IMG/VR virus record: IMGVR_UViG_2597490280_000001
Source: a virus
Lineage: Duplodnaviria; Caudoviricetes
Strand: one strand, 5' to 3'
Length of the DNA: 64,000 nt
Made by a program: the position numbers and the translations under genes. The notes beneath the pieces are model-generated. The model ran no database searches and was not told the origin of the DNA. It worked only from the letters and a program-made list of their open reading frames with translations. Below are positions 9,505-20,264 of the stretch, one piece after another. Every line of letters begins with the position of its first letter. The first letter of the stretch is position 1.

Positions 9505-12500
9505 TTAATCACTATTTTCCGAAGCTTCAAATTTCTCTCTTATTATATCAGCTTCGCGCCATATTTCTGATTGAATATCTCTTCGCTTATCTTCAGATTC
9601 CGTTGAGTAATATTTATCAATTAATCCGTAAATAAACTTTACTTCTTTGCTCCTTGTTTTTCCCTTTTTCTTTGCAACTTTCATAAGTAGACTAACAGAT
9701 TTTGAATCCATCACCGGAGAGTCCTTCATAAAACCAGTTTTTGAAACACCAAATTTATGCTTGCTATCATCTCGACCTATATCCGACAGTGACATTGCCC
9801 AATCACCAACATATGTCGTATAACCTTTTACCACATGGTCTACTTTTCGAGCATCCCAATCTGTACCAACCAATCCCATAGTCGCACTAATACCTTTTCC
9901 CAACCGACTTGCTTTACTCTCACCTTTACGTAGACCCTTCTCAAGACCTTCTTCATATACAGGCACAATATTTCGATCGCGAAAAGTATCTTTGTTGGTC
10001 ATTGCTTCAATTATTGGTTTGAAAGATCCAAATATCGCTTCCTGATGTAATGGCACCATAGCATCTACAGCAGTATTTCCAAATCCGGTAAAAGCATCTT
10101 TAGAGTCAGTTCCCGTGGCCACATCCCAACTACGATCTACCACATTGCTCAAAAGCGCTAATTCAAAAGGTTTTGGCATACTTATCCAGCTTTTTACTCC
10201 AGGGACTTTAAAGTTCCAAAACAAATCTCTTTGATAAGCTGGCAATTGTTTATATTCTTCTTCATCACCTCCATACGCAATAGCTACCCGACTCAAAATA
10301 GTCGGCACGACAGTATACATAAATATTTTAGCCGCAAATACAGCCGGTTTTTCTTTAGCTATCTTTGCAGTACGGACTAAACCTTGTACAGCTGCATTGG
10401 TAAATGGTATGATCTTATTCACTTCACGTATGAAATTACCCGCAACTGCAAAATCCATCAAATCACGAGCTTGAAACGCAGCATATAGTCCTGCATCCCG
10501 CTCACTCATCCCTTCAGTTATTGCTTTTTCGTAGGACTTTTTAAACTCTGCCATACGATTAAGATTTTCAGATCCTTCCAATAATTTTTTATATCCAGAC
10601 CAGGCCTTGCGAGGGTCCAATACTATTCCACCTTTTTTCGTTATATCTCGAACTGTATCACTCAGTTTACGACTATAATCTACTTTATCAATAAGGTGAA
10701 ATCCAGCTTGTGACCCACCAAATAAATGAAATGCATCCTCGTATGATTTTGCTCCGAAGAAATCTTTTATTCCACTATTACTACGTGAATGAATTAATCG
10801 TGCTACTGTATCACGTGTAGCATTTCTAGCGGCAAAAATAGGGAAATTTGTTACTGTAGCACGAATTACCTTCGCAGGAATAGAAGCATATTTAAAAAAT
10901 GGGTGCTCAGATATACCTTCTAAGTTTTTTAGCGCATTATATACATCTTGATCAGCTATGCGCCATCTTTGCTTGACACCCTTATTATAAAAAGTGATCA
11001 CTTGATCAACACCACTACTCGCTCCTACTTCATGGGCTATCTGAGCAAAATTAATAGCATCACCATTTCCCATGGCACGTTTAGCGGTCAATGGCTCTAT
11101 AAACGTTCCAATAACTTCATTACGATCAGATTCACGAACCATATTTGCCATATTCATCAAAAGAGATTGATAAGGATTGGATATCATGTCGGTCCCCCCT
11201 TTTGCCTTGTATATAACTTCTTTTACTGAAGCTAAAGCACCACCACTTTTAGAGATAAATCCAAGTTGCTCTTCTAGAGGCGAGGATTCTTTTATACGTT
11301 TCATGGAAACATAAAATTGATTGTTTTCTTTTATTACCTCGTATTCAGACTGCGACAATCGACCTTTATCAACTGCATATTGTAAAGTGGTATCAGCATA
11401 TTCCCGATACTTTTCTGCGGCCTTTCTAATACGTTCATATTTAATTACATCAGATTTTTTCATTTGTTCAAAATCCATCAAATAACCAGTAGCAACATCA
11501 AAATCCGATTTTAATCCTGCACCTATACCCGAAAGATTATCCTTACGACCAAATTTATTAGCGTACTCTAATGTTCGTTCAGAAATTAAGAGATTTACCA
11601 CATCATCCATTTCACCATGAAGTGTTCCTTCAGAACTTGAATCTAAATCTTTTACCAACCATTCCACAGTCATTGCTTCACCATCTGCACTTTTTACCAT
11701 TTTTCCATTAGCATCAAACAGTCCTTTTTCTAAAATGTGGTTAATTTTACCTCCTTCCCCAGCAAAATTACGAGCCATTATATCAAATTGTTTATGGATA
11801 GGCAATGGCTTTCCATCACCTAGTTCATCCACAGAAAACCGAAAAGCTTTATTTGCTATAGTCATACTATTAGTGAAATTCACCTTCAACTTATCCCACG
11901 CTGTCACATTAAACATTCCTTCTTTTTTATCAGGAAAATGTTTTTCTAACCACTTCCGAAATTCTGTTTTATCTGGTAATGAACTACTTTCAATATTGGC
12001 AGCCATAACTTCTCCGTTAGGCGCATTCCACAGATTACGATAGTCTTCAGAGAATTTATCTAATATCTCTCTAACTTTTGCATCGCCATATACTTTATCA
12101 GTGAAGTGTTTATCAAATAATGGGGCCAGTCGAACAGCTTCTTTAGGATTCGCTATTCTGGTTCTAAAATACTCAGCAATACCTTCCCGTTTCAGATACT
12201 CTATCTTTTGAGCATCAGTCATTCTTGCAGATGGATTGGAACCACCACGGTCAGCAAACCAGCCTAATTCTTTATATATAGTTCTTCGATCAGCCCCTGG
12301 TATACTACCAAATACATCATGACGATCATCCAATAGATGGCCCAATTCATGCGCCAAAGTATCAACATCACCAGCACGAGACAACTTTACCAAAGTATCC
12401 GTAGATCGATATGATCCAGCGACTCCGCGACGGCTGCTTTTCGCATGTAGCACAGTTGCTTTCAAGCCTTTTATCACATCAGCAGCTATTTCATTGAGCT

Positions 12501-15500
12501 TTCTTGGCTTTGCCTTTGGATCTCCTATTTCTGGCTTTACACGCTCATGTACAAGTCCACTTTTACGACTAAGTTCGCTATTTGCTTCGGTTATTCCTTC
12601 ACTTTTTGTCTTAGCACTTACTTCATTTGCGACTGTTCCATTTGATTGCTCATATATACCCGTTGGTGCTACTTTCCCTCCAGATTCTGCTGATTTTTCT
12701 CCTCCTTCATCAAAGAGGTTTGCTCCTTCTCCTGGCTTTCCATTGCTTCTTCCGCTTCGGCCTCTGCTATCGCCTCCTGTAATAGTTGAGCCTTGCTCCA
12801 CGATTTGTTTTCCACTTGTTTGTTCATTGATATTTTCTTTAAGTTCTTTAATTCCTACTTCTTTAGCTGCACCTTCCGTTTTTGGAGTAAACATATCTCC
12901 TTCATGGTCAGACACTTTATTCGCATACTTACCCAACGCATGATAGATCACCTTAGGCGACTTACCATCTGCCAATAATTTTGCGAGTATAAGTTCTACT
13001 TCTCCATGTTGATCTTTAGGTGATTTACTCCCATTAAATAAGTCTGCCTGATTAGTCCATCCTTCAAAAGAATCAACTCCCGATTGTTTATATTGTTGAA
13101 CCAATCCAAAAGCTTTTTGCATTTCTGGTAATATCGATTTGGAGGCAGGTAATGATAATAATTTAGGCAATGATCGGACTATACCTTGCTGAGTACGAGA
13201 AGGCAGAGCATCATAAGCATCGGAAACGGACACATCTGCACCTTCAAACATAAAATGTGTAATCAATGATTCCATATCTTTTACCGCCTCTGCCCTAAAT
13301 TCTCCATTAGGCTTAAATAAACTCGCTTTCTGCGTATCACTAAGATACGGTTTCAATACTTCAACCACTTGCTTCCCATTCACACGCAAAGCTTCATTGA
13401 TCGTCATTTCTGTATTTTCACCAAAAACAGATTCAACCAATTTTGCTTTATTTGCCCTTGGCATTCTACGTGACACATTTATAGAATTAATTCTTGCAGA
13501 ACCACCTGATTCAATATCTTTAAATTCATAGTTACCTAATGTAATTGCATCACTATCTGAAGCTTTCACTCGACGAACTAATACAGGTTTATCCAGACCT
13601 TGAACTTGCTCTTTAGTCAACCCAAATTGTTCCGCATTACTTTCTAAAGCAGACTTGTATTTATCTCGACCACTTTCATAATGCTTACGAATTGCATCAC
13701 TACGATTATTTCCTTGTATAACTTCACCGCGTTCATTGATCACAGGAGCACCTGAATAAGCATTCGTATTATCTCCTAATTCACGCACATTAATTTTAGC
13801 TGCCATTTCATCTGAGGATTTCAAAGATGCTGCATCTTTACGATTCTTAGGCTGTGCCTCAGGAACAAAATGATTATGATTACGCACTCCGTTAGAGTGC
13901 GCTGGTTGAAGTTGATTAGCATCGACTAGTACGTAATCAAAATCAACATCTACACCATCAGCAAATTTCACTTTATCTGACTTGCCAGTTGGCATATCTG
14001 CTATTGGCTCTTGGCGTGTATATTCAACCCCATTTACTGTCTTCTTGCCTTCAGATCGAAACTTTTCAGCACCACCAGCCATTAAAGCATCCCATTCATC
14101 AGCTTCATGAGTTTCTGAAATAGCTTTACGTTCTGATTTATTTTCTTTTACCTCTTCAACCTTTCCAATTAAAACATTATCCCGTTCCTTTTGCAAATTA
14201 GACAATTCTTCTTGGTATGTCTTTCGAGTTGTTTCGCTATATAGCTTTTCAGCATTAGGGCTTTCTAATAGGGCGTTTATTCCCTCCACACGTTTATCAA
14301 TTGCATCTATTTTAGAACGCTGATCCTCGGATAATGAACTAACATCATCAATATTTTGATCAATAATTTCAGATATTTCTTTTGTCTTTTCTTCCAAAGT
14401 TCGTTGAATGATATCACTAACTTCCGGGTTTAAATCTGGCTGTTCAAGATCTCGTTTCAAATCGTTCACTTCAGTTTGCAGAACTTCATATTTTTTAGAT
14501 GCATCTTTATTTTTAAAATAGCTCCCAACCTTTGGGGCACTAGCCAAACCAAAGTCCATTGCACTTCCCAAAATAAATGAATCAACGACACCATGCATGG
14601 GATCATCCCCCTTGGTTATGTTATTTGCCAACGTAGTTGTCGCCTCAGTCAAACCACCTCTTAAAGTAGCTGGGGCAATTCCATTTGAATATAACATTCG
14701 GCTTACAAAGCCTCTCGACATCTTCTCTATCTCATCTTTGGACATAGATTTAAAGATATTCTCGCGAATCAATTTTTGTGTACCGCCAACTGCCCCTAAA
14801 GTATAATCAGTAAATCCTGCAATTGCTGACATCCCAATCTTTTGATTATAGCTTAAATCTTCGCGGTCTTTCAATTCCTGATAGTGACTATTCATCAATG
14901 GAACTGAATTAACCGCCGCGCGAGAAAATACCCCTAGATTTCCTACAGAAGATATACCTTCCGTTGCAATCATCTGAATTAGCGAGGGTATAGCATGAAG
15001 AATTCCTACAGCAAACTGTTCGCCAGCCTCACCATAATCACCTGCTTTCAACGACCCCTCTATTCCATCATGTTTAAATTGTAGTTTACTATTATAATAG
15101 TCAGCTCCTTCCTTACCTTTTTTAGCAAATTGATCTATCGCATAAAAAGGATTGATATAATTTAGTTTAGTTTCCTCATCACTCGTAGTCATTTTTATCA
15201 TATCTTGATAAGGATTACCATTAGTTTTTAAAGCATCCGAATACTCATTCCTACCAGCATTATTTTCTACCGCACCGGCTATCAGATTACTAAAAGTTGA
15301 GGGTAGGTTATAAATGAATTCAGGTATACTAGCAATTGAGTTTTGCAATGAAGGCACAATAGACATTGCTGCATTACCCAGACGGTCACCAAAAAACGGC
15401 TCATTAATTGTTCCTAGTCCTTTTTCACTAACTTCAACCAATACTTTACCATTCTCATCTAATAGCCTTGCATCAGGATGATTAACCGAGAAATTAGATT

Positions 15501-16773
15501 TTAATCTTTCAATACTATCAAAATTCAAAGATTTGATTTCTTCTGCATTTAATTTATGAAACTTACCCCCTTCTCCTGTCCCCCAATTTTCTTTAAAATC
15601 CTCAAATGTTTTATATCCTCCTGCACTAGAATTTGACATAATAGGGTTACCAACTTCTGCTTCATTTAAAATACCATTTAATGAATCCAATATTTCCTTA
15701 TATTTTGGATTTTTATCAATGTTTTCATTAAGGAATTTAAGAGTATTAATAGCCTCTGGCGAATCTAAAAGATCTCTATATTTTTCTTTAAGATTTTGCA
15801 TAGCAGTGCCCTTACCTTCTTCAACAAGAGAAATATGTGCTACATCCCAATCTTCTAAATGATGCATACCAACATCTTTAGAAGCACTCCACAATACATC
15901 CTTGTAAAGTTGCTTATTTTTATCTGCATCAATTGGTTTACCGTCAACAGATAAAACATAGTCCCTTGCTGAATTAAAATTATGTAATGACACTGGAGAT
16001 TGAGAATTGCCTTTGGCCAATATATCAGCTTGACTATTAATCGAACGACCTCCTTGATCATTATACAATTTATTTGACTTTTGAAAATCGACCTTTACTT
16101 GTGATCCAGGATATTTTGATTGCAAAATCTCAGTCGCCTTTGTTTCAAATTCACCAAATTTAACTTCGTGAGCTGCTCGGTTAACCACATCATTATTAGG
16201 TTCTTTTGCTATGACTGTTTTGATCACACTTTTATCTGAAGAACTACCTTTGGTATATTTATTGAAATCAACAAGTTTATCTTTCAGTAAGTTTTTGATC
16301 AACGGTGTATGATCTATATTATCTTTATTGACTGTATTAACCGAATTATCAACAAACTTTAATCCTGGTTCTCCCAATTTTACATCTGGAAAAACAGCAG
16401 AAGCAGGTACTATTTCTTTTATTGGTGCTACATCTGGAACTTTATCATCTTTTACTTCTGGAAATACTCCTCCACTTGGCATACTTGGTTCATTTTTACT
16501 TGTCCTCATTGACACTTTTGTATCATAACTAGTTGTACCAAAATACTTCCCATTAAAATCTTCTAATGATTTAGAATAAAATTTTTTGCCATTAAGAAGG
16601 TTATACAACTTCCCTATCTTTTCTGGATTGGAGAATTGTTTTTCAAAATCATCGTAGCTTTTAGTGTATACTCCTCGACCATTCAGGTCTGACCACAATT
16701 TCTTTTTTGGATCTTCTTGCTGCTGAGGCATAGCTTCAACCCCAGTATTTCCTTCGTATATATTATCTTCCAT
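9505..16773 (-). CDS. large polyvalent / ejected virion protein (M15-like peptidase, DdrB-like ParB, HExxH zincin-like, LPD38-like C-terminus)
   Basis: SLHNFNSARD..WDVAH; YSGAPVIN..IQGNNR; AHELGH; YKQLPAYQRDLFW..PKPFE motifs. Confidence 0.7.
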   Translation of the reverse strand: MEDNIYEGNTGVEAMPQQQEDPKKKLWSDLNGRGVYTKSYDDFEKQFSNPEKIGKLYNLLNGKKFYSKSLEDFNGKYFGTTSYDTKVSMRTSKNEPSMPSGGVFPEVKDDKVPDVAPIKEIVPASAVFPDVKLGEPGLKFVDNSVNTVNKDNIDHTPLIKNLLKDKLVDFNKYTKGSSSDKSVIKTVIAKEPNNDVVNRAAHEVKFGEFETKATEILQSKYPGSQVKVDFQKSNKLYNDQGGRSINSQADILAKGNSQSPVSLHNFNSARDYVLSVDGKPIDADKNKQLYKDVLWSASKDVGMHHLEDWDVAHISLVEEGKGTAMQNLKEKYRDLLDSPEAINTLKFLNENIDKNPKYKEILDSLNGILNEAEVGNPIMSNSSAGGYKTFEDFKENWGTGEGGKFHKLNAEEIKSLNFDSIERLKSNFSVNHPDARLLDENGKVLVEVSEKGLGTINEPFFGDRLGNAAMSIVPSLQNSIASIPEFIYNLPSTFSNLIAGAVENNAGRNEYSDALKTNGNPYQDMIKMTTSDEETKLNYINPFYAIDQFAKKGKEGADYYNSKLQFKHDGIEGSLKAGDYGEAGEQFAVGILHAIPSLIQMIATEGISSVGNLGVFSRAAVNSVPLMNSHYQELKDREDLSYNQKIGMSAIAGFTDYTLGAVGGTQKLIRENIFKSMSKDEIEKMSRGFVSRMLYSNGIAPATLRGGLTEATTTLANNITKGDDPMHGVVDSFILGSAMDFGLASAPKVGSYFKNKDASKKYEVLQTEVNDLKRDLEQPDLNPEVSDIIQRTLEEKTKEISEIIDQNIDDVSSLSEDQRSKIDAIDKRVEGINALLESPNAEKLYSETTRKTYQEELSNLQKERDNVLIGKVEEVKENKSERKAISETHEADEWDALMAGGAEKFRSEGKKTVNGVEYTRQEPIADMPTGKSDKVKFADGVDVDFDYVLVDANQLQPAHSNGVRNHNHFVPEAQPKNRKDAASLKSSDEMAAKINVRELGDNTNAYSGAPVINERGEVIQGNNRSDAIRKHYESGRDKYKSALESNAEQFGLTKEQVQGLDKPVLVRRVKASDSDAITLGNYEFKDIESGGSARINSINVSRRMPRANKAKLVESVFGENTEMTINEALRVNGKQVVEVLKPYLSDTQKASLFKPNGEFRAEAVKDMESLITHFMFEGADVSVSDAYDALPSRTQQGIVRSLPKLLSLPASKSILPEMQKAFGLVQQYKQSGVDSFEGWTNQADLFNGSKSPKDQHGEVELILAKLLADGKSPKVIYHALGKYANKVSDHEGDMFTPKTEGAAKEVGIKELKENINEQTSGKQIVEQGSTITGGDSRGRSGRSNGKPGEGANLFDEGGEKSAESGGKVAPTGIYEQSNGTVANEVSAKTKSEGITEANSELSRKSGLVHERVKPEIGDPKAKPRKLNEIAADVIKGLKATVLHAKSSRRGVAGSYRSTDTLVKLSRAGDVDTLAHELGHLLDDRHDVFGSIPGADRRTIYKELGWFADRGGSNPSARMTDAQKIEYLKREGIAEYFRTRIANPKEAVRLAPLFDKHFTDKVYGDAKVREILDKFSEDYRNLWNAPNGEVMAANIESSSLPDKTEFRKWLEKHFPDKKEGMFNVTAWDKLKVNFTNSMTIANKAFRFSVDELGDGKPLPIHKQFDIMARNFAGEGGKINHILEKGLFDANGKMVKSADGEAMTVEWLVKDLDSSSEGTLHGEMDDVVNLLISERTLEYANKFGRKDNLSGIGAGLKSDFDVATGYLMDFEQMKKSDVIKYERIRKAAEKYREYADTTLQYAVDKGRLSQSEYEVIKENNQFYVSMKRIKESSPLEEQLGFISKSGGALASVKEVIYKAKGGTDMISNPYQSLLMNMANMVRESDRNEVIGTFIEPLTAKRAMGNGDAINFAQIAHEVGASSGVDQVITFYNKGVKQRWRIADQDVYNALKNLEGISEHPFFKYASIPAKVIRATVTNFPIFAARNATRDTVARLIHSRSNSGIKDFFGAKSYEDAFHLFGGSQAGFHLIDKVDYSRKLSDTVRDITKKGGIVLDPRKAWSGYKKLLEGSENLNRMAEFKKSYEKAITEGMSERDAGLYAAFQARDLMDFAVAGNFIREVNKIIPFTNAAVQGLVRTAKIAKEKPAVFAAKIFMYTVVPTILSRVAIAYGGDEEEYKQLPAYQRDLFWNFKVPGVKSWISMPKPFELALLSNVVDRSWDVATGTDSKDAFTGFGNTAVDAMVPLHQEAIFGSFKPIIEAMTNKDTFRDRNIVPVYEEGLEKGLRKGESKASRLGKGISATMGLVGTDWDARKVDHVVKGYTTYVGDWAMSLSDIGRDDSKHKFGVSKTGFMKDSPVMDSKSVSLLMKVAKKKGKTRSKEVKFIYGLIDKYYSTESEDKRRDIQSEIWREADIIREKFEASENSD

Positions 16774-16776
16774 TTC

Positions 16777-18228
16777 TTATAAGTCGTCTGCACTACCCAA
16801 ACTCAAATCATCCTCATCATCATAAGGAGTCACTTTGAGACTCTTCTCATTCCCAAAAACTTTGGACTTGTTTAATATCTGATTGATCATTTGTTTGCCA
16901 TTCTCATTCTTGACACCTTTGGTAAATTTATAATCTTTATACGTCACTATTTCATTACCTACCTTATCCTTAGATTTTACTGGAACACGAACGATCATTT
17001 GCTTTCCATCTCGAGATAAAGTGCGGCTGGCTTGTTTTCCACCAACTTCGATTTCAAACAAGGCACTATCAAATCTTCTCAAAGCTTCAGTATTCCAATC
17101 TTGTACACCTTGTACAAACTTGTCTCGTGTATCTTCTTTTTTATCATCTTTAACTGCACGATCTTTTGCTAAAGCCAATCTTTCTTGAGAAATAGCTAGA
17201 CTTTGATTTGCCCGAGAACCTGCTTCCCTAGCTAATTGCACTCTCTCACCCTCGTATACTCGCTTTTTACCACTACCGACCCCCGCATTCAAACCACTAG
17301 CAAGCGTGCTAATCATATTATCGTATCCTTTATTTGTTTTGGTTATCTCTTCATACAAACGCTCACCTGCATGATCATCATTAGCTATGTTGGCCTTTTC
17401 TAAAAAAGCTTCCTTGCTTGAAGAATTCATAATTCCTTCAGTCATCTTTCGGATACTCGCATCATCAGTAGGTATGTTATCACCCATAAAATAAGGAAGA
17501 ACACCAGTATTTACACCAAATTGTTGCATCGCTGGACCAGTCCATTTCTGAGGATCAGCCATTATTTTTGCCAGAACCTGCGATTTATTTCCATTAATAT
17601 CAGCTGCAACAGTCTCCCACGTACCATCATTATTTTTTAGTTCAGCTCCTTTCATTCCCTTCAATAAATCATCAAATGAAGGATCCTTAGCTTTCATATT
17701 AGAGAAACGTTTTCCTTGATCATACCAAGTTGTAGGATTACGCATTAATTCATCATATTCATCTTGTACGCGCTTCATTTCAATTCCATCGTACTTATCT
17801 GGATTATTTAGCATTGCATTTTGAAGTCTTACATATTGCTCTTTTAAATCATTTGAATATTTGGCCGTACGTGTAATCTCATCATATTTTTTGAGCATAT
17901 TAGGATCATTAGTAGGATCAATTCCCTTAGCTTTTAAAGCAACCGCTTCTTGATTCCATGCACCCCATTTATCTCTTACAGTATTATTGAAAGGAGTCCA
18001 ATTATCAGGACTATTATATTTATCACGAATAGTTTTATCAATTAAAGCAGATCTTTCTTGCCGCATTTTATCTTGCTGAAGCAATTGCTTATACATATTA
18101 TCCCTACTCTCAATACTTTGCTGAAGAAAAAATTTGTCAGACTTCGTTTCTGGTAATACATACGCAAGCCCCTGACCTATTTGGCCAGTAGCATTACCCA
18201 TCATTCCTTCTATTATTCCCTCATTCAT
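16777..18228 (-). CDS. putative internal virion (ejected) protein
   Basis: 483 aa, helical; between pilot-like and giant protein genes. Confidence 0.5.
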   Translation of the reverse strand: MNEGIIEGMMGNATGQIGQGLAYVLPETKSDKFFLQQSIESRDNMYKQLLQQDKMRQERSALIDKTIRDKYNSPDNWTPFNNTVRDKWGAWNQEAVALKAKGIDPTNDPNMLKKYDEITRTAKYSNDLKEQYVRLQNAMLNNPDKYDGIEMKRVQDEYDELMRNPTTWYDQGKRFSNMKAKDPSFDDLLKGMKGAELKNNDGTWETVAADINGNKSQVLAKIMADPQKWTGPAMQQFGVNTGVLPYFMGDNIPTDDASIRKMTEGIMNSSSKEAFLEKANIANDDHAGERLYEEITKTNKGYDNMISTLASGLNAGVGSGKKRVYEGERVQLAREAGSRANQSLAISQERLALAKDRAVKDDKKEDTRDKFVQGVQDWNTEALRRFDSALFEIEVGGKQASRTLSRDGKQMIVRVPVKSKDKVGNEIVTYKDYKFTKGVKNENGKQMINQILNKSKVFGNEKSLKVTPYDDEDDLSLGSADDL

Positions 18229-18232
18229 ATAT

Positions 18233-18961
18233 TTAAAACTTATAGTTGCGTAAAAGAGAAGCAGCCGCTTCTGTTGCTGAATTCAATGAAGTGTTAGCAG
18301 TTACACCACTAGACTTCATTTCATTAAGAGGTTTACTAGATACCCCCATTACAGTACTAGGTTTAACAGTAAATCCAGTATTTCCAAATGCATCTAGAGC
18401 TTTCTTATTTGCGAGTTGAGTACTTAATCCCATAGCAATATTTGCAAAACCATCCAATCCCGAAGAAATATTAGTTTGGCCAGCCCCATATATAGAAGCA
18501 GCAGCATTGGCTTTACGCATATAGGGGTCATACTCATTCATTTGATATTTCTTGTCTTCAAATTGTGCCTGTCTCAATAATGCCTCTTGATATGCATCAG
18601 CCGCTTTCATCTTTAATCCCATTGATTGCGTCCCTAGATCATTATAGGCATTGTTCTGCGATTCTTGTATCTTCGCTATACTATCCAATAAATCATTACT
18701 TGATGTAGAAGCCTCACTAGCCTTTGCATAAGCATTAGCTCCGCCACGATCTATATCAGCTTTTGCACTTTCTAAGCCAGGTAGGCCATTCAGATATTGA
18801 CGTTCAGCAATATTAGTTGCATTTTTCACTTCTCCAGGTACTTCATAGGATGCCAATTTATTAGCAGCCGCTAATTTATTAGCTTGATTTTTTTGACTAA
18901 TACCAGATCCTATCTTTGTCCCTACACTTAAAATAGTGGCTCCAGCCATTACGTAACTCAT
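18233..18961 (-). CDS. putative DNA pilot / ejection protein
   Basis: A/G/S-rich with hydrophobic glycine-rich ends. Confidence 0.5.
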   Translation of the reverse strand: MSYVMAGATILSVGTKIGSGISQKNQANKLAAANKLASYEVPGEVKNATNIAERQYLNGLPGLESAKADIDRGGANAYAKASEASTSSNDLLDSIAKIQESQNNAYNDLGTQSMGLKMKAADAYQEALLRQAQFEDKKYQMNEYDPYMRKANAAASIYGAGQTNISSGLDGFANIAMGLSTQLANKKALDAFGNTGFTVKPSTVMGVSSKPLNEMKSSGVTANTSLNSATEAAASLLRNYKF

Positions 18962-19350
18962 ATCTCAAGTTCTTTATGTACAATTATATCTTTTTCGACT
19001 TCTTCAGCCGTTGTTTTGTCTGTTACATGAAATGTTGTCCATACCGTATCTTCATGCGCAAACAAAATCCGTTTTGTTCCTGGAATAGTAACTCCCGTAA
19101 AAGGAGCTTCCATCAATACCCATCCTGTATCTTCAGTAAATACTGATATTTTTCCTTGTGATATTACAAAGGGGTGTTCTGTTTTATGCATCTTACTAAC
19201 TACCATAGTCCTAGCTGGCATAGTGCATTCTCGTATATACATTTTACCGACAAAACGATCTCTAATCGGGCATAATACTTGATCACACATGCTTACCAAC
19301 TCTTCAAAAGCATGTATTTTTCCTAAAGTTTCTAATCGATCATTTTTCAT
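18958..19350 (-). CDS. cupin-like phage protein
   Basis: MYIRECTMPA..SKMHKTEHPFVISQG..PGTKR..HEDTVWTTFH. Confidence 0.6.
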   Translation of the reverse strand: MKNDRLETLGKIHAFEELVSMCDQVLCPIRDRFVGKMYIRECTMPARTMVVSKMHKTEHPFVISQGKISVFTEDTGWVLMEAPFTGVTIPGTKRILFAHEDTVWTTFHVTDKTTAEEVEKDIIVHKELEI

Positions 19351-19352
19351 AA

Positions 19353-20264
19353 CTAATTCCTCCCTACTTCAGATGAATAAACAGAAACTGATATTAATTT
19401 CATTTCTTCATCAGTATCACAACTCATTTGAATTTCTAAATAATTTCCCTGTAAAATACGTCCATCATTGAGTGCTGTAAGCTCACGTTGTTTTTCATCT
19501 ATAATATTTGCAAATGCTGGATCATTCATATCTCGGAAGAAATCAGCCCAATATTTACCATCCAAAAGCTTAATATTTTTTTTGGGCAATCTACTCTGCA
19601 TACCATTTGGAAATTGATCAGTTTTATTAGTTTTAACCAAGTCAACTTGCCAAGTACCCACTGAGTCAATTTTAATCCCGAAAAAGACTTTATTTACTGG
19701 ATAATCTTTATTGGAAATAAAACGTATTTTAGATGGATATTTCGTTCCATAAAATTCATTTCTTATGTTGGATATATTATGCTCATACATAGCACCATTA
19801 TGATACGAAAACAATAAACCTTTATATCGTATAAACTCATCAGGTACAAACCCATAACTTCCTACCCACTTTAAACCTTTTTCTGAAAATACCAGAGTCT
19901 CCCCTAAAGCGGTGCCGCTAACAATAGATAGATTAGTTATACTAAACTCACCGCTCGAAAAAAAAGAGATTGAACCATCGCTACCAGATAGGATTGTTTC
20001 TTCATATGTCCCATTGGAAGTTCGGATATTTCCGCCCGTCCCACCTACAATTATAAATACTTCTCCAGAAACAAAATCTTTAATTGTATATCGAATGGTA
20101 TATGAAATGTCTTTAACTACACTAAGGTCCATATTTATTGCAAAACCAGACTTACCAGACTTATGAACTAATGATCCATTCGAAATAGACCAACCAGTGC
20201 TTTCTAAATCAGCTGTAACCGGAATTCGGTTTATTCCCATGTTTTGAACAATTATTGTACTCAT
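19353..20264 (-). CDS. tail stabiliser/nozzle, C-terminal portion
   Basis: TLVFSEKGLKWVGSYGFVPD..YEHN..RNEFYG motif; ATGA overlap with the upstream gene. Confidence 0.55.
   Translation of the reverse strand: MSTIIVQNMGINRIPVTADLESTGWSISNGSLVHKSGKSGFAINMDLSVVKDISYTIRYTIKDFVSGEVFIIVGGTGGNIRTSNGTYEETILSGSDGSISFFSSGEFSITNLSIVSGTALGETLVFSEKGLKWVGSYGFVPDEFIRYKGLLFSYHNGAMYEHNISNIRNEFYGTKYPSKIRFISNKDYPVNKVFFGIKIDSVGTWQVDLVKTNKTDQFPNGMQSRLPKKNIKLLDGKYWADFFRDMNDPAFANIIDEKQRELTALNDGRILQGNYLEIQMSCDTDEEMKLISVSVYSSEVGRN

Noticed and set aside
10948-16528. Many short ORFs within or antisense to large minus-strand genes (also at 20-35 kb and 56-62 kb)
   Set aside because: Shadow ORFs with no motifs, fully overlapping well-supported genes
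9505-16773. crAss-type giant virion RNA polymerase
   Set aside because: No DxDxD polymerase motif context recognised; motifs fit polyvalent-protein domains instead
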